NCBI GenBank assembly: GCA_030141605.1 | Contig: JAQGDQ010000004.1 | Span: forward strand, 496,001-560,000 | Reading direction: 5' to 3' | DNA length: 64,000 nucleotides | From: Tubiluchus corallicola | Taxonomy: Eukaryota > Animalia > Priapulida | Shown: positions 26,901-41,900 of the stretch, in pieces | How the letters are laid out: the number at the start of each line of letters is the position of its first letter | Numbering within the stretch: the first letter of the stretch is position 1 | Notes under the pieces: generated by a model | The model's database searches: none | What the model was told of the DNA's origin: nothing | What the model saw: the letters and a program-made list of their open reading frames with translations, nothing else | Translations under genes and position numbers: made by a program

Positions 26901-29900
26901 AACTTGGCGGTGTTATTTTTATAGTCTCGCGCGCGTTATTGGGTTATGATAATAAAAAATCTTATTAGAATGTAGATGATGTTCACTTTGAGAGCACTGC
27001 GCTTATTTGGAATGACTAGAATCAATATTAGTTCTCCTTCATGGTGTAAAATCTTACTGGACTTCGGTCGTGTACAGTTCCTAAACACTGTACTTGTTTA
27101 CTTGTTTCTAAGTAAACTACGTCAATGTTTTTGCAAGCAAGTTCAACATTACACACCAAAAATCAAAAGTGCGCTGAATGATGGACAAAGAAGCTTCGGC
27201 GCTTACTTTTTTAACGAATGTAGATAACTATTTGAAGGAAAAAGTAATGTTATGAAGTTATAATTTCTCTTAGTTATAAATACCATCAAACGTTTTTGTG
27301 CATTTTTATTTAAGATAAAAGTAACTAACGGAAAGTAATATTTTCCAATAAAATAGACTGCTACATAGTAATCCTTGCTAACAATGTGTTTTATATGCAG
27401 TTCGTTTCTACGTGGCTCTAGTTCTATAAAAAAATTACGTAAGCTCTTTACGAAAAACACAATGTCTGATCGCCATTAACTATTATGTGCACAACGTACA
27501 AATACGTTGGATTTAAACGCTGAAATGTACTCACAGTGTGTGTGCGCATTACACTTGTATAGTTTAATCTACATAGACCGTCTAGAAGGTAATGTACATG
27601 CATGGTATAGTTTGATTGGTCATTGTTGATATTTCATAGAACATGTTATGGTGCATATCACTCACTATACACATGCTAAATGTAAAGTTTTAACTTTACC
27701 TGCAAACCAATCAAATACAAAGACGTGTACTATTTTGCTGCTATGTAGAGGGTCCAACTGCCTGCGTAAGTACTTGTGGTTAACTGCGTGCTGGTATATT
27801 TTTTCGAGTGCATTTCTTCGGCTGTGTTGGATGTTTGGTTTTGTGTGACATTTTATACGGCTGCAGTAAACAAATTAGAGCTTCAGTGCGAAGTGACACG
27901 GATCGTTTCCCTTCAATTTTCTGATTGGTTTTGAAAGCTTCGTTGAGTGTTGAAACGCAATGGTGGTTCAATCATTAGAAATTCCCTGAACCACAATATA
28001 CGGTGGTACCTTCATTACTAGAGTTTTTTTTTACTTAATTGGAAGCGGCCTCATCGGGATTACGTTAACATAGCCTTACGTCAAATATTTTTTGTACAAG
28101 AAAAAGCGCCTTCCGTCACCATTGTTCATTCTAGCGAGTATCTTTTTTAATCTCATGATGAAGATTCCTCCACAATCCATTTGAATGGTTTATCTATGAT
28201 AATGACTCCACTACCAAGGATCATTCGAAACTGTCTTTCAGTGATGGTTCCAGCATGTGATGACTCCTGGGCCTATTGAGATTGTTGATCAAAACCTAAT
28301 AAAGGTGGTAAATCAGCGTCTGCGAATGCGATCATTAATGACGTTTCTTTCCATTACTGTCAAGTTAAGTCTTATGATTTCTTTAAATAAGAGTTCGCTA
28401 TCACAGACGCTCGAAAGAATTGGTTTCTAGTTCTACATGTAAACTAAAGGTAATAAACACATAGGCTATAATTCAATGGTTAATCAATTGACTGTAGTTA
28501 TGACTATTGACTCGTTGAGATTATTGTTCCACAGTTTTGGTTCTCGAATCATCAAAATTTCGCCGAAAGCGTTAATCCGTTATGAAAATTCACTGGACAG
28601 CTATATACTGTTTGCTATCTTATCTTGCCTTACACTGATATATAAAAAGTTATCTATTTATATTACTAGAATAATTTAAAAACTGTATTAATTATCGTAT
28701 TCCATTAACTTAATATGGACTAAGAACATTCAGTATCATTTCTAGTAGGAATGTTGTTTTAATGTCGTGTTTGTAAATAAAAATAACTTTACCATTATTT
28801 CAAACTAAGTTCAAGAGTGTCTCAATATGCTCATATGCCCTTTGGACGGGATGTTTTCTGTAAGTTCATGAGTAATTTCTAGCTAACTGACACAGTGCAG
28901 TTAGCGCTTTACCTGCGGAAATAAAGCCGGTGAGTAACATTAATAAGTGAAGTGAATTCCTGTTAGTCTAAGGGATGTGTTCAATGCTGTGAATAAGTTG
29001 TTTACGTGTTTTACTTTGTTTATACTGAGGTAATTTACATGTATTTATAAACAATTAGTGATGTTGACAGTCACGTAAATGTTATTTGTGAACTAAGTGT
29101 TGATTTATCGGCGACTTCTGTGTAACCTTTTTTACTACATGTATTTGGATATTTTTTCAAGCACTATATCACACTACAACAGCATACAACTAAACAAGTA
29201 TAACACGTAAAGTTATTAAGATTATTAACTGTAGATCACAAAACATATGAAGCCAGAGAAAGACGACTGCATGAAACCTCAGATGTTGGAGCATACGTAC
29301 AAGTAGGTGTCTTTAAAACAGCAATTTTCGTTTTGAACAAATTAAACAAGAGAAACTGCGTTTGAGGAGCATCAGTGATACGCATTTGTTCGCGTAGTTT
29401 TTTTACTATCGTTAATTAATAATTCTATCGTAATTCTTTGTCTATTACACTACAGCGTTTCACTTGTAGCTGATTAAATATCCTGCATTATTTTAAATGC
29501 GCTTTGATTGGTAGCGGCTTTTCCTCAGATCATTTCTTACACAGGGAAGTGCAAAACTCTCCATTCTTGTTTGCTTTAAATTCTCTTTGTTTGAATTACT
29601 TTCCGGTCCATGAAATTCGTTTTCTACATCCTTCCGTGAACAGACTGACATTTTGTGTGTAGAAAAAAATCACCACTTGACGAGGGGTTTAATTAAATCG
29701 TGAGTCATCAATATTTAATTTATAACCCACTTTACACAATGAGTGGAAGAAGCTTGCGGCCTAGTATTGCGCGTTTTGGTATTGATGGTTATATTCATTG
29801 ATTGCGTTTTAATACGAATTAAAAGCACTGTTTTCTCATACGAAAAAACGATTTAGTTTTATTTATTAATACCTAACCTTAAAAATCTGCGAAATACATG

Positions 29901-32900
29901 GACCATTTCAGCTGATTCCTTAAAAACCAAGTAAAATACTCTCTTCTAAAAAACGTTTATTATTTACTAGAATGCATGCCGAAGAATATGCACAAGCTGA
30001 TTTCGGGGCGTCTAAGGTAGCTGGCTATCCAATTCGGTCACATATCATTTGCACGCTAATGTCAGTAGTATACGGTGCCGAAGCAAGAAACTATACAGGC
30101 TAAAAAACGGTCTTCAATAAAAATGAACCAAGTACAATTTTTTGCAAAAAGTGTCGTTAGTTAGAAGATTATAATTACAGAGACCGAGAAGACATAAATG
30201 TTAAAACGTAATATATGACGTAATTTTGCGCGACGTGTCTAGCCGATCTTCAGCCATTATAATTAAGGGTTTCTTAATTACATCACTGTTGATGAAAGGG
30301 GGAGCAGACGAGACGAGACAGTTACGAAATACTACGAGTGCAACCCTGCAAGATGTGGCCAATCTGTGATAACCAGTACCTGTCACTAACAATTTTTCTT
30401 GTTTATGTTCGAAAATATAATTTTTATTCACATTTTTATAATCTCTAATGGTAGTTTTGGGTTTGAGAAGATTGTGGAATGTGGTCCACCTAGCGTAATA
30501 AATCTTGTATCTTTTTATTTGTTCGCTTTGATCACATCTTTCAAATTAAGCAGCCTTCGAAAAATGGATAATTTTCAACAGCTTTGTTTATACAACCTGT
30601 TATTAATAATTAGTTAATTGTACACTACAGCTATTCTTTTTTTCATACAGCTTAAACGTTGCAAACATTAAAATTTTGATCAAATTTGTCAGTTTAACTG
30701 AGTAATATAGTTGAGCTATACGCATTTCTTCTGTTTCTCTTTTCAGCTTAAAAAGCGCCGCATTTTAAAGCCATTCATGGCATGGGGAGACGCGACATAA
30801 TAGCGTGTCTTCGCTCATTTGTTTAACGAGATTTGATTAACTTTTGGATTGATTGTTTAAATCGTGCGGATTCCAGCGCTTAGGTTATTAATGGAATTAC
30901 TCACTCTACACGACATTAGTGTATCCGTATCCCATGCCCTATATATAGATGTATATTATTAATCTCCTTAAAAATCAGTAATTTTCTTCGGAAAAATAAG
31001 GAAATCATAATGTTGAGTTTGCTCTAAATTTTTATTTCCGCGTTTGCTAATTGACATTTTAAAGCCAAGGCCAGTTTTGCAAACATATAAGTTGACACAC
31101 AAAATTATTACATTAAGAAGTTAATTTTTGTACACCAGGTCGTCTACATGCATCAAATAATTTCAGACATCCGCCTTCTTAGTACTGAATTTCTTTGTTT
31201 ATCTAACGCCTATATATACATATGTACGTACAACGCAGCTTCATTGTCTTTTGTCATTCCAGTTTCTTTACGTTCTTTACGCCCGGACTTTGTTTTGAGA
31301 CCTAGTTAAAAACAACTTTGTTTGCGGTTGTTCTTATGTGCATGCCTTCTTTGTAACTGTTTGTGAAGGGGCAAAAATAAACAACTTCGTATTAATCTGC
31401 TAAGACATCGGCATAAAATGCCTACAGTGTTATAACGTCAGTGCTTGAATACAAATTGGTTGTGTGAAAAAAAACTTTTTCACACGCAGTCAGGTAATTC
31501 TGTTCCACAGCTTACAGAGATTTTTCAAAGACCAAAAGTTTGGAGTGAGATTTGTTTTGTTTACGAAGGTTAATGGCCATTTTCGTAAAGAAAACCCGAG
31601 CAAAGAGTGGTGTTGCGACGTTTGACTCTGTTAAAATGCTGATATATTGGAGTTGCATACACTGCAGGTTTAAGTAAAAAATTGATAGTGAATGGTAGTG
31701 ATAAATATATAGCACGAGATAACAGACTGGTTTCGAATCTAAAGTAATAATTTTGTTCTCATGATTAGCTGCTGGTAAGTCATAAATTACCTTGACGCTA
31801 TGATACCGCCTAAAGCAATAGACTGCTCTTGAGTTGATGACAACAAATCATCATAAATCATATTTACTCTAGACCTACACAAGTTAATTTAAACTCATCC
31901 ACATTTGGGTACGCAATGCGAGCTCTCTCACATATTATTTTTTAATTTAATCGTGCAGTACAGCTACGCTACAACCTTCACGTCTACAACAACGAAGGGG
32001 TTGTCATAATTAACTGAGGAAAACTTGTGCATACACAACAGTAATATTTATGAAGCGTATATATACCTGTATTGTGTAACACCGAAAAACACTTGCAGAA
32101 TGGAGATTGCATTAAATTGTAACGTTTAATGGTAACACTTGCACCCCGTGATTTAAGCGTTTACCTGGCTAAACTTGAGCAGCAGGTGAGTCATCTACAG
32201 TTAATGTTGACACACGTCATGACTGCATTACCCCAATAAGATGAATGTCAATATTAGAGTCAGCCGCTTTGCCGCCGTATCATGAAATTATTATGAGTAT
32301 TATGCATAGCTAATTTATTTAATGGCAGAGACCGGACTACAAATGTGCGTAAATAGGCACTATGATCTATAAGATATTAGTTGAATACTTGTATTAGCAG
32401 CATATTCGTGGTTGACAAAATTTTTCCTGTAAGAACAATAATTTTTTGCATATTTTTTGTGATGTCATTTATTTCGAAATGCAAACAAACTATTGTAAAC
32501 TGTAAATGCAATTTTTGAAGAATACATTTGCTAGGAACCGTACTTGTTGCTTTGTGTATTTCAAATTTGGTTACTTAGAAACTAATGCATGTATTATTCA
32601 TAATAAATAAAGCCGGATCTGGCATATATTTAGTATATATAATATTAATATATAATATATACCGCATGTAGTATATACAACTTTTCTATGGTATACATAA
32701 TATACTATATATGCATATGTTAATTATTATAAACTGTTGTAGTATAAAATTTTGTTTTTTGGGTAACTCAGGTTTCAAAATCAGCACGAGTTAATAGACC
32801 TATCTCAGGATACTTCCAAATAATCTTGGCACTTTGCCACCTTACAAACTTGTAAAGCAAGCTGTCTGAGTAATCCAATCGAATAAACCGTTTTAATTTG

Positions 32901-35900
32901 AAAAAGTTATCTAGAGACAATGTTGAAGTTGTAAAAAAACAACAAACACTGTAGTTTCTTGCTCGACTTTTTTTCGTAAAAAGTGTTTTATCGCTTAAGT
33001 AATGGTGGTAATGTTCCTTCAAAATCTGGTTTTATTTCCTGACTTGGCAATATGAAGATGTTTTCTGAAGATGCGCCGTTTATCGTAGTTTGTGATAATT
33101 TTACGATGAATAAAATATAATTTCCGTCTGGACGCGTTCACAAATGTTTTGACATATTTGTAGAAATAGCGCTTGTCTCCTCTTGTGTTTGTTTGATTGA
33201 TTAGTTATCGATTTTCGACAAATTCTGTCTAAGCAATGGGTTGCATGCATGCATGGATGATCCCGGGTACCCTCACGGCATGGTAGTAAACGTGTTGTCG
33301 ATGTTTTTTCATATAACCATGTCGGATATAAATTGTGTACAAAAACTTCTACATTGTGTAAAACAAACCCTGAGAAATGTTTATATTGATTAACTGCAAA
33401 AACTGATAAAAGTAAAAACTATCTACAAACGTATATATGCATGATGACGATGAATTAACATTTGTTCGAGCGGAAATTTAACTTAACACAAATAAAAATG
33501 TGAAATCGTTTAATTAATCAAATTGTTGTTTGGAATTAGTTAAAACAAATTGTTGTCTGGCTTCATGTTCTGAGTTTACATAAAGAACGGCTTTTAAATG
33601 AATTTGCACAAAATCGGTTGTGTGAATAATAATGTATTGTTCTTTTAATTTGAGAGTAAATCAGCTCTATATATGTAAATAGTCGAATACTTTGATTGCG
33701 TTCTTCTTGTCTGCAGTTTCTTTCGTTCGTCATAAATTTAATGATTTTTTTATTAGTCAACAACTATCAAATAAACAAATATGGCGAATTTCTGAGGTTG
33801 TGTTTTTCCAATTCTTTTAAACAATTCCACTTTTTGCTTCGACAATAATAGATCCCGTAAAATTTCAACACACTTTCTCCCATATTTCTAATGCTTTCTT
33901 ATTACAGCTCACAATGTAATGTTTAGATAATTTTCCTTAGTTTTCTTTTATTGACTAACCCAGTTTTGTCAGTAATTTTTGACTATTTCACTTACAATTT
34001 GTACGACCTACGCTGGAGCTAATTTTGAAAACTAAACAATAAACACTTAAATAAGTGTGCCACGTGATATAACGTGCATTTTAATGGCCACTTACATTAC
34101 ATATATACATCCAGACAAAGACAATTATATCAGTTGCAAAGCCAAGGGCTAAGTAGATATTATGCCTTCTCGTTTCGTTGGTTCTTTTCTTCGTCAAATA
34201 ATTCTTACAATCGGTGAAACTCTTGAACCCCCTTCAATACTCATGTACCGCTGATCATCAACAGAGCTTTTAGAATAGCTATATTATGGCCTTTCACCCG
34301 ATTGTGACTAATAGACGTCTCCAATAGTAGATGAAGCCAGCTATAGAATCTATGAAGAATCGTCGTTTTATGGATTAGGACCAAAGCTATCCGTGTAGGC
34401 TTATTCACATGTATGCACTGAGCTAATAATTGTCAGCGTTGAGACAGTAATTGTGTACGCGGATTAACGATTCCTTATAATGTGTTAACCAATGCGTGGC
34501 AATGAATGCCTGGCCAAAGGCTTGATTTGCATTGACTGGAGTTTAATAACATTTCCCATAGTCGCTTTTCGCTTTGCAAATTATTTATCTTAACATTTGT
34601 TGCTCTAGCAGTTGTTCTTGCCGAAATTGTTTAATTTGGTTGGGGAATACCTACATCTTATACTTGAAAATGTCACGATTTATTAAAATAAATGGCTTGC
34701 AACTCATCTTACACTTAAAATTAGAAAACACGAACAAAATTAAGTACATTGATTTACAGCTTACGATTTTTTATCTGGTACGACACACTACAAGCTAGTG
34801 TCCAGCATTCTCCTACAGGTCTGTTACTAATGTTAACTGGTTGTGATGGAACCGGAATCTACCTCCCTACCAATAACGATGTTCTGTGGTAAAACACTGA
34901 ATCATGGAAGGTGTACTAGCCACGTCCGTTTGCTTCTACATCTTTCTTCAATGGAGTAAATAGCCGAGAGTCAGTATAGCGCAAACAAACTGTCAGTGTA
35001 ACGGTTTTTCCGGCACTCACTGATCCATATGTTAATCAGATTTGGCATTGTTTGACAATTATAACCTTAAGCAATCCATAACTTCACGTAATATGAAAAC
35101 ATAATATGCATTATACATGTATATGAAATAAATAGTTCTATTCTCAGTATGCTTGACAGCACATTGCCAGGAATGCTTATTTCTAACTATAATTAGAAGT
35201 TCAATGCTGAAAGTATTTCTGTTACTAACAGTAATTAGTTGATGTTTTCTAGTTAGTGTTATCGCAAAATCTCGAGTCAATATTATGAGTGAAAAATATT
35301 TATTTTGAGTTACTTTTACCTAGTTGCATTAGTAGACAACACTGAGGTTGACTTAGCTGCCTCATCAAAACATATAAAACTACTAATGCCGCCTTATAAA
35401 AATAGACATTTGTATAACCATTTCTGAAAAGTTCAGCAGCTTCTTGTAGAATCCACCCTTTATTATGGTCTACGGAAGTAGTGAATATTGTACCATTCAT
35501 ATAATTATATGATGGGTGTGCAGATCCTGAACTGAAATTATACCAGTGTATGCGTTCAGAACTGTTACAAGAAACAGCTACTGGCTTGCGTACTGAAATG
35601 CAGACCTACCTGTACTATAGTATATGTAACAATTGTAACATACATGTAAACTTACAAAGATCCCGTAGCTATAACGAATTTTCAATACTGTATTTATTGT
35701 CCTTGACGCTTTTGTCTTTTTGTGTTTTCAGTTTTCAGTGTTCACACATTAAAAATTCTAAATGCTTTTACTTTTTTCAGTTTTTCTACCGATTTCTATT
35801 TTCCCTAGTAACTAACAAACGTATGACAGGGTGTGGAACCTTCTTGTAACATTTTATGCTAGCTATAAAGTTGTCCATGTATACCAATAAATTTTATAAT

Positions 35901-38900
35901 ATGACGAGTATAATTTTGGTGCAGTCAGGAGTGTACTTTCTGCATTTTGTATCTTTAAAGTTGCATTTATATTTGCAATTCACTGACAACTGTTGGTCTA
36001 ATGATATTTTACATCAGATTAAATTTACTAATAATTGTTAACACCTCTTGCAATTTTGCAAGACGGAGATTTTCGATGATTTGTCACAAAAACGTGTGCA
36101 TCTGGCTTAACTAGACAAATTACATTATATTTCAAACTCAAAGCACAACCGTTTACAAAACGAAATACTTTTATTTTCAGGTAAAAGTAACGGTGTGTTG
36201 AAATTACACATTTTTTCGTATAATTATGGTCTGCGTGCCATCATGATGTAGCTATATGTTGCTTGTGAAGCCGCCAGTGTCAATTTCGACATTATTGTTC
36301 AGTATAGCGGTTAGCCTTTACGATAGAGATTATTGTTCCTGTTAACAAGCGGTTATCAGCTTTTTATTGTAACATAATTACGTAATGGACTATCATATGG
36401 TATCTACAAAGTACGGGCCATTTCATGTTGGAGTGCTGGAGTATTACTATTGTAATTCATTAGCTTATAGCTGGTTGTCTTCTTTGAAATTCTCGGCATT
36501 ATGATGGTCAAAATAAAAGCAAATAATAAAAGTAATTTAACTTTTTACCTTTTTACTAAGATAAGAATACACTAATGATTTTTTATAAACGTTGATTTTT
36601 AAGATGAAGTACACAAGCAAACAGAGTGTAAAATAGAACACGTATAAAGCTATATCTTGACCTGTTGTGAGGAAAAATATAAATAAGACCTTTGCAAGTT
36701 TTTTTCTTTCCCACCAAGCCATGCCAGTTTTGAGAAAAAGAGATTTCCTGTATATTAGAGAATTAGGCGTAGTTCTGTTTTGACTGAGCATTCTAATGAA
36801 AGATAGTAAGGTAATAGTTGGATAACTGTCACTGTATTTCTCACACACATGCAGGTGCTTTCCTATAAACTCTGACCTCCGAAGATCATTAGTCAAGAGC
36901 TCTATCGATTTAGTGTCTCATCTTAGAAGATGAGCTAGATTTTGATCCTGCCACAACCATTCATATTAAGTATGCTCTGCCAAGGAATGCTGGATTCAGA
37001 TTGCAGACTGTGTGTGTAGAGAAACGCGCTCCATTGGTGAAGATACCATAGCATTATATTTATGCGAAGTTGACTAGCCACATCGCACATTCATATAAAC
37101 TGTGTTCATCTCGCGTGTGAAACTCTATATAACGTGGTTTGATGAATACAAATATTGAATTAGACTGCCAAATGATATAATTTCTCCTCTATACTGCGTA
37201 ATTACAGTAAACACATTTCTGTATGGAGCACTTAGGCAAATTGATCTGGCTTCACATAGAGAACAAAATGTTTAGTGTAAAAAACGTCAAATAGTCCGAG
37301 TCGATGTTTTTGCACCCTGTTGGGCAAGGCTATGGACAAGCGAGGATTAAGATTTAGTGAATACACTGCTCTTATTTGAGAACTTAGAAAGCTTCTAAGC
37401 CATGTGTACATTTGAGAAAAGGAATTTCGTCGATTCCATTTTGGCAAAAGCAAGACCATGTCTGGACGAAAGTCAGGCTTAGTAGTCCGGCTTGTATATA
37501 CGTTATGTCGTAATCAGCAATTTTGCTTATTGAGCAGTACTTCAAACTTAAACTCGTCATCAGGCAAAGTGTACAAGAATCCTACTCTTTGTTTTACAGG
37601 TCATTATCCGATTTTTATTACAAGCCATGAATAACCTATCGCTGTTTGATATTGATGTAATTATGTACGTGTATTCTGATCTAATGTAAGTGTTTTTAGC
37701 CTTATGAAAGATTTCACCAATCTCATTTCACACCTCATCACACCAACACCAATATGCATGCGCGTCTGGGCGAGTAACCGCATCCTTGGGTGTTCACGGT
37801 CTTTATGCTTGATCAACTTGTCTGTTGCATGCATTTTATTATTCTTAAAATCTTATAAAGTTGAATTTCAGAACTTTGCTTAAAGAGCAAAACTTTGACT
37901 TTTTAATTCTTGTGCCTGTGACAGTGCCTCTAAGAAAAACTTTGGTGGTCTCAAAGTCGAGAATCAAGGCAATTATTCTACTGATCTAGCTTACAACTTA
38001 CTGTTTTACATTTTTGTTTTTAATTTTGTAAAACATTTTTACAATGGGCTGTCGGAGATGCAACACTGTTAGACTAGCTTCTCACTAAGATAACATGATA
38101 TCACTTCATGTTATGATGACTAGTTTGACTTTGCAAAAAATAAAATCAAGGTCTAATGATCAGAACTTGGGCATCCCTTGGACATTGTGTGGAGCAGACG
38201 GCTTTGCGGTACACAGCAACCTCTTTACATTTATGTGTAGAGCTGACCCCTCCCTTCCCCAAACATCTGTTACCTCCTCCACCCTTTAACATCCTGTGTT
38301 CTCAGCTGAGGGTGGGATGGTTCTATTGATTCAAGCGCCGAATCTATAACGCTATGCCTCATTAATATATACAGCAAGCTGCGATTTAATGACTACATTA
38401 TTGTGCTTTGTTTGGTTGGCTTCATATTTTTCAATAGGCAATCATTGGCATTAAATAGTAATGTGGCTGATGGGCGGAGAGCCAATCAGGAGTAAGATGA
38501 CCTAGTGGTGTCAAGAAACAAAAATATGAGCAGCCCCAACCATATGTCCAGTAGTAATACAAGGTTGTATATACTATATGTTGGTTGGACGCAGCTGAGC
38601 GTGCATTAATGTGCAGTGTAGTGTCAACTTGGTTTTAGTATGTGTACATTTTTATATGTTATGGTGGTATTTTAGCACCGATTTAGCGTGTTATTAGATA
38701 CTAATGCCATGCGATTACATAATGTCAACCACTGGTGTAATGTATTCGTTTACTACAGCGTAAGGTTTGTTTTACTACAATTATCTCACAGTGACTTTTC
38801 TGTAACTTTCTACACTAATGCGTAATGTAGAATTTTCCCATTTCTGAAGTTTTTTAAATGCTACTCGTAACGAATGCTACTCGATGTAAACATGTTTGTA

Positions 38901-41900
38901 ACGAAATGGATTCATCATGGATCGTTTGAAGGTTTATAATCTAAATATCAAGACTACTACTAAACTACAATAAATTGAATTTTGAAACCAAACCAATAAA
39001 TGAAGTTTGGTTTCAAAATACAAAGTATTGTGTATTTGTGCCATTTAAAAGAGCTGTAGTCTATTCTGAATACTGGTCATGTATAAGGAGAAAAAGGCAA
39101 TGTACGGTGCTCGTATTGATTTGTGGATGTTAACTTTCTTCTGCCCTTTTATCCTTGTTTGTGTTACATAATTATATAAGAGAATCTCTTTTTACAGGCA
39201 CTTTTATTAAAATTAAATGAATTCTAATAAGCCGCAAATAGTTTTATTTAGCAAACCTGTTACACGACAACATGGTATTTGTCAAATTTATTGCGAAATA
39301 ACACGTTGTACTTATGGAAATAGCTAAATCTATAGATAAGTATTTGTAACCTTGACGTTATAGTTTTTCTGTGCTACCCATTCATAAACATTTCCACTAA
39401 GCCTATCCAATATTTATTTAACGCTTGTTTACTCGAAGTGCTGCTGAACCAGACCTATACTAGGTTCACTGAAGCGTTGAACTGCAGTTGATTGCTAAAA
39501 CGTAGGCTGTCAGGTAACAACTCTGTGCATCTGTGCTTGCTTGGGGGGCGTGTAGGCGTAACCGTAGTGATTAATACAGATAGACATGCATTTAATAGAT
39601 TTTTGAAAGTTATTGTCAAAGGGTTACGTTATAATCAAGTCTTTCCTATGTGTGGTTAGATTAAAGCAAATGCGCATAAACGTAGACTGTATTCTGGTTC
39701 AGTGATCCTGTGTTTCGCGCCCTGCAATCTGCGGCTGCTAAACGCGAAACACGGCAAGCAAGGATCAACATATAAACGTGCATCTAGATAGCCATAGGCC
39801 TATATGCGTTGTGTATCGTGTGTACCTTGTAATAGACCGCTTCCACATTGAATATAAAATGGAAGGCTGTAACTTCATTCGCGTAACTTCACGTATTTCG
39901 CGTTAAAACGGTAAGTTTGAATTGCGCTAATATTATTTCATTGTATAATTACTTTCAAGTCACCCGGCCCAATGACAGTACTTTGCTATGTGTAAGCTAT
40001 GTGATTTAAGCGTATCATAGCGAGCCTGACCAAAAAACTGGAATCGTAGTTGGCTGAAGTCATTTGAGACAAGTTGCTTATCAAATTATACTTTATTAAT
40101 AGAGCTTGCTGAAACCTATTGGTGGTTATACAACATCATAGTTGTATAGTATAGAAGGTAGTAGGTAATAAGTAGTATTGTTTCGCGTTAGGCTCTGCAG
40201 ACGTATTTACGTATTTATTAAAACATTGTTCTGTTTAGGTTCACTGTTCACATTTTTATTTTTTATGACTGGATCAAAATTCATTTTAAGGGAGAGGATT
40301 AAAAAACCACACTAGCAAAAAGAACCGTCTTCTAACTATGCTGTTCTATTGATGGTTGTACCATGTAATAATTCACCAAGTAACTTGTATCAAAGATCCA
40401 GCAGTCAAGCATACTTCAAGCTGACGCTATTTCTTTATTTGCTTTACATATGAGCATTTTAAAAATTTGTAATTGTAATATTTAAAATTCGATGGACACA
40501 ACCTGCGTTATTAAAATTATTGAAAACAAGTAATCCAAAACAAGCTTCTCGAAAGTGTAAACGTTTTTATGAAGCATTTTTGGTGCCTATAACCTCAACC
40601 AAATGTGCTAGATAATGTGCATCTAAGTGCCTGCGATCTCAAGGCACGCGACTTTAGTACTGACGCTTCTGCACCATCAATGAGGAACGGTTAAGTCACG
40701 TAATATTACAGTTCTCATTGCCTGAGCCTCATCAATATACTTTGTGATAAAAATCATCAAGAATAACATACTAGGACACGTAGCCGTGTTAAGAAAATAA
40801 AGCCAACATTATGCTGCTCTTCCCGGCATCCATTGCTGCAGATGGCGGACATGCTAAATGATCTGCCCTGCCTGGTATCATGTTCACATGCAGTCTTACT
40901 TCATACAGTATGTTTTTCCAGCAGATGCCCGTTTAGCTATGTCAAAATATGCGTTAGGGAACAGAACCATCTGTTCAGGTCTGCTTCAGGGAGACCATAG
41001 CATCAGCAGGATTCTGCTGGACTCAGCAGCTGGGAGCCTCTTTGAGTTTGTAAAGTTCAACTGCTAGACATTTTTATTAGTAGTGAATTATTTAAGGAAC
41101 ATTTGTAGGAAGAGCTGTGATAGAAAATCCCGTGTTTCTAAGAAAAAGGCTATGTCCTACAGTTATTTTGTCAGAAATCTTAACTAGCCAGAAAAAACAT
41201 TTAGAGGTGGTACAACCCACAATTAATTAAGTTTTGTTACTAAACTTGAAAGACGGAAAATACAAAGAAGAGTTTATAAGCAGATTGGTTCAAATCCACG
41301 GTGTATTCCATGGTTGTCTAAGTTGAACACAGATCTAATGTTGACTTAATTTTGGATTACAAACGGAATTATTTGGGTAAGCGGGCCGTTTCTTCTCATT
41401 TCTGTCTATTGCTTAACTCAGCTAGCTTCATGTTTTGTGACCTAATTTTAAAACACTGAGCAATGAGAATAAAAGAAATATTACTACAGTTATGTTGAAA
41501 TATCAACTGTTGGCTTTCCTTTCGAAATTCATCTCGTGTATGGCAAAAATTTTTCAATTTTCCAGCCGTTTGAAACTCGGGCACGTCTTGTGCTTCCTGC
41601 CCGAAAAGTTATAAAGTAACGTGATTTTGTTTTACTATTTGCTGACTAACAAAACTGCTGGCTTTTACTCACTGGCAACCTGTAATAATACTTACAAGTT
41701 GTTTATAAAATGAGTTTAAGCTTCCAGTTCTCAAGCGAAATTGCATACAATAAAACGCAGTTCAATAAAACAAGAGCAACTATAAATAAAACGCTCTTTA
41801 TGTTCAAGCTTTGCACGTGTTTTGGGTAGAAGCTTTTCTATCAGCGCAAAATTCTTAAAGAGAGAAAGTGTTTTTACGACCAAAACATAATTTATGAAGA

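Noticed and set aside
31462-31485. 10-bp hairpin GTGTGAAAAA/TTTTTCACAC resembling a terminator or operator
   Set aside because: Short and A/T-run driven; expected by chance in AT-rich eukaryotic DNA.
32625-32730. TA-rich low-complexity stretch (and the GTAG microsatellite near 13678)
   Set aside because: Ordinary simple-sequence DNA.
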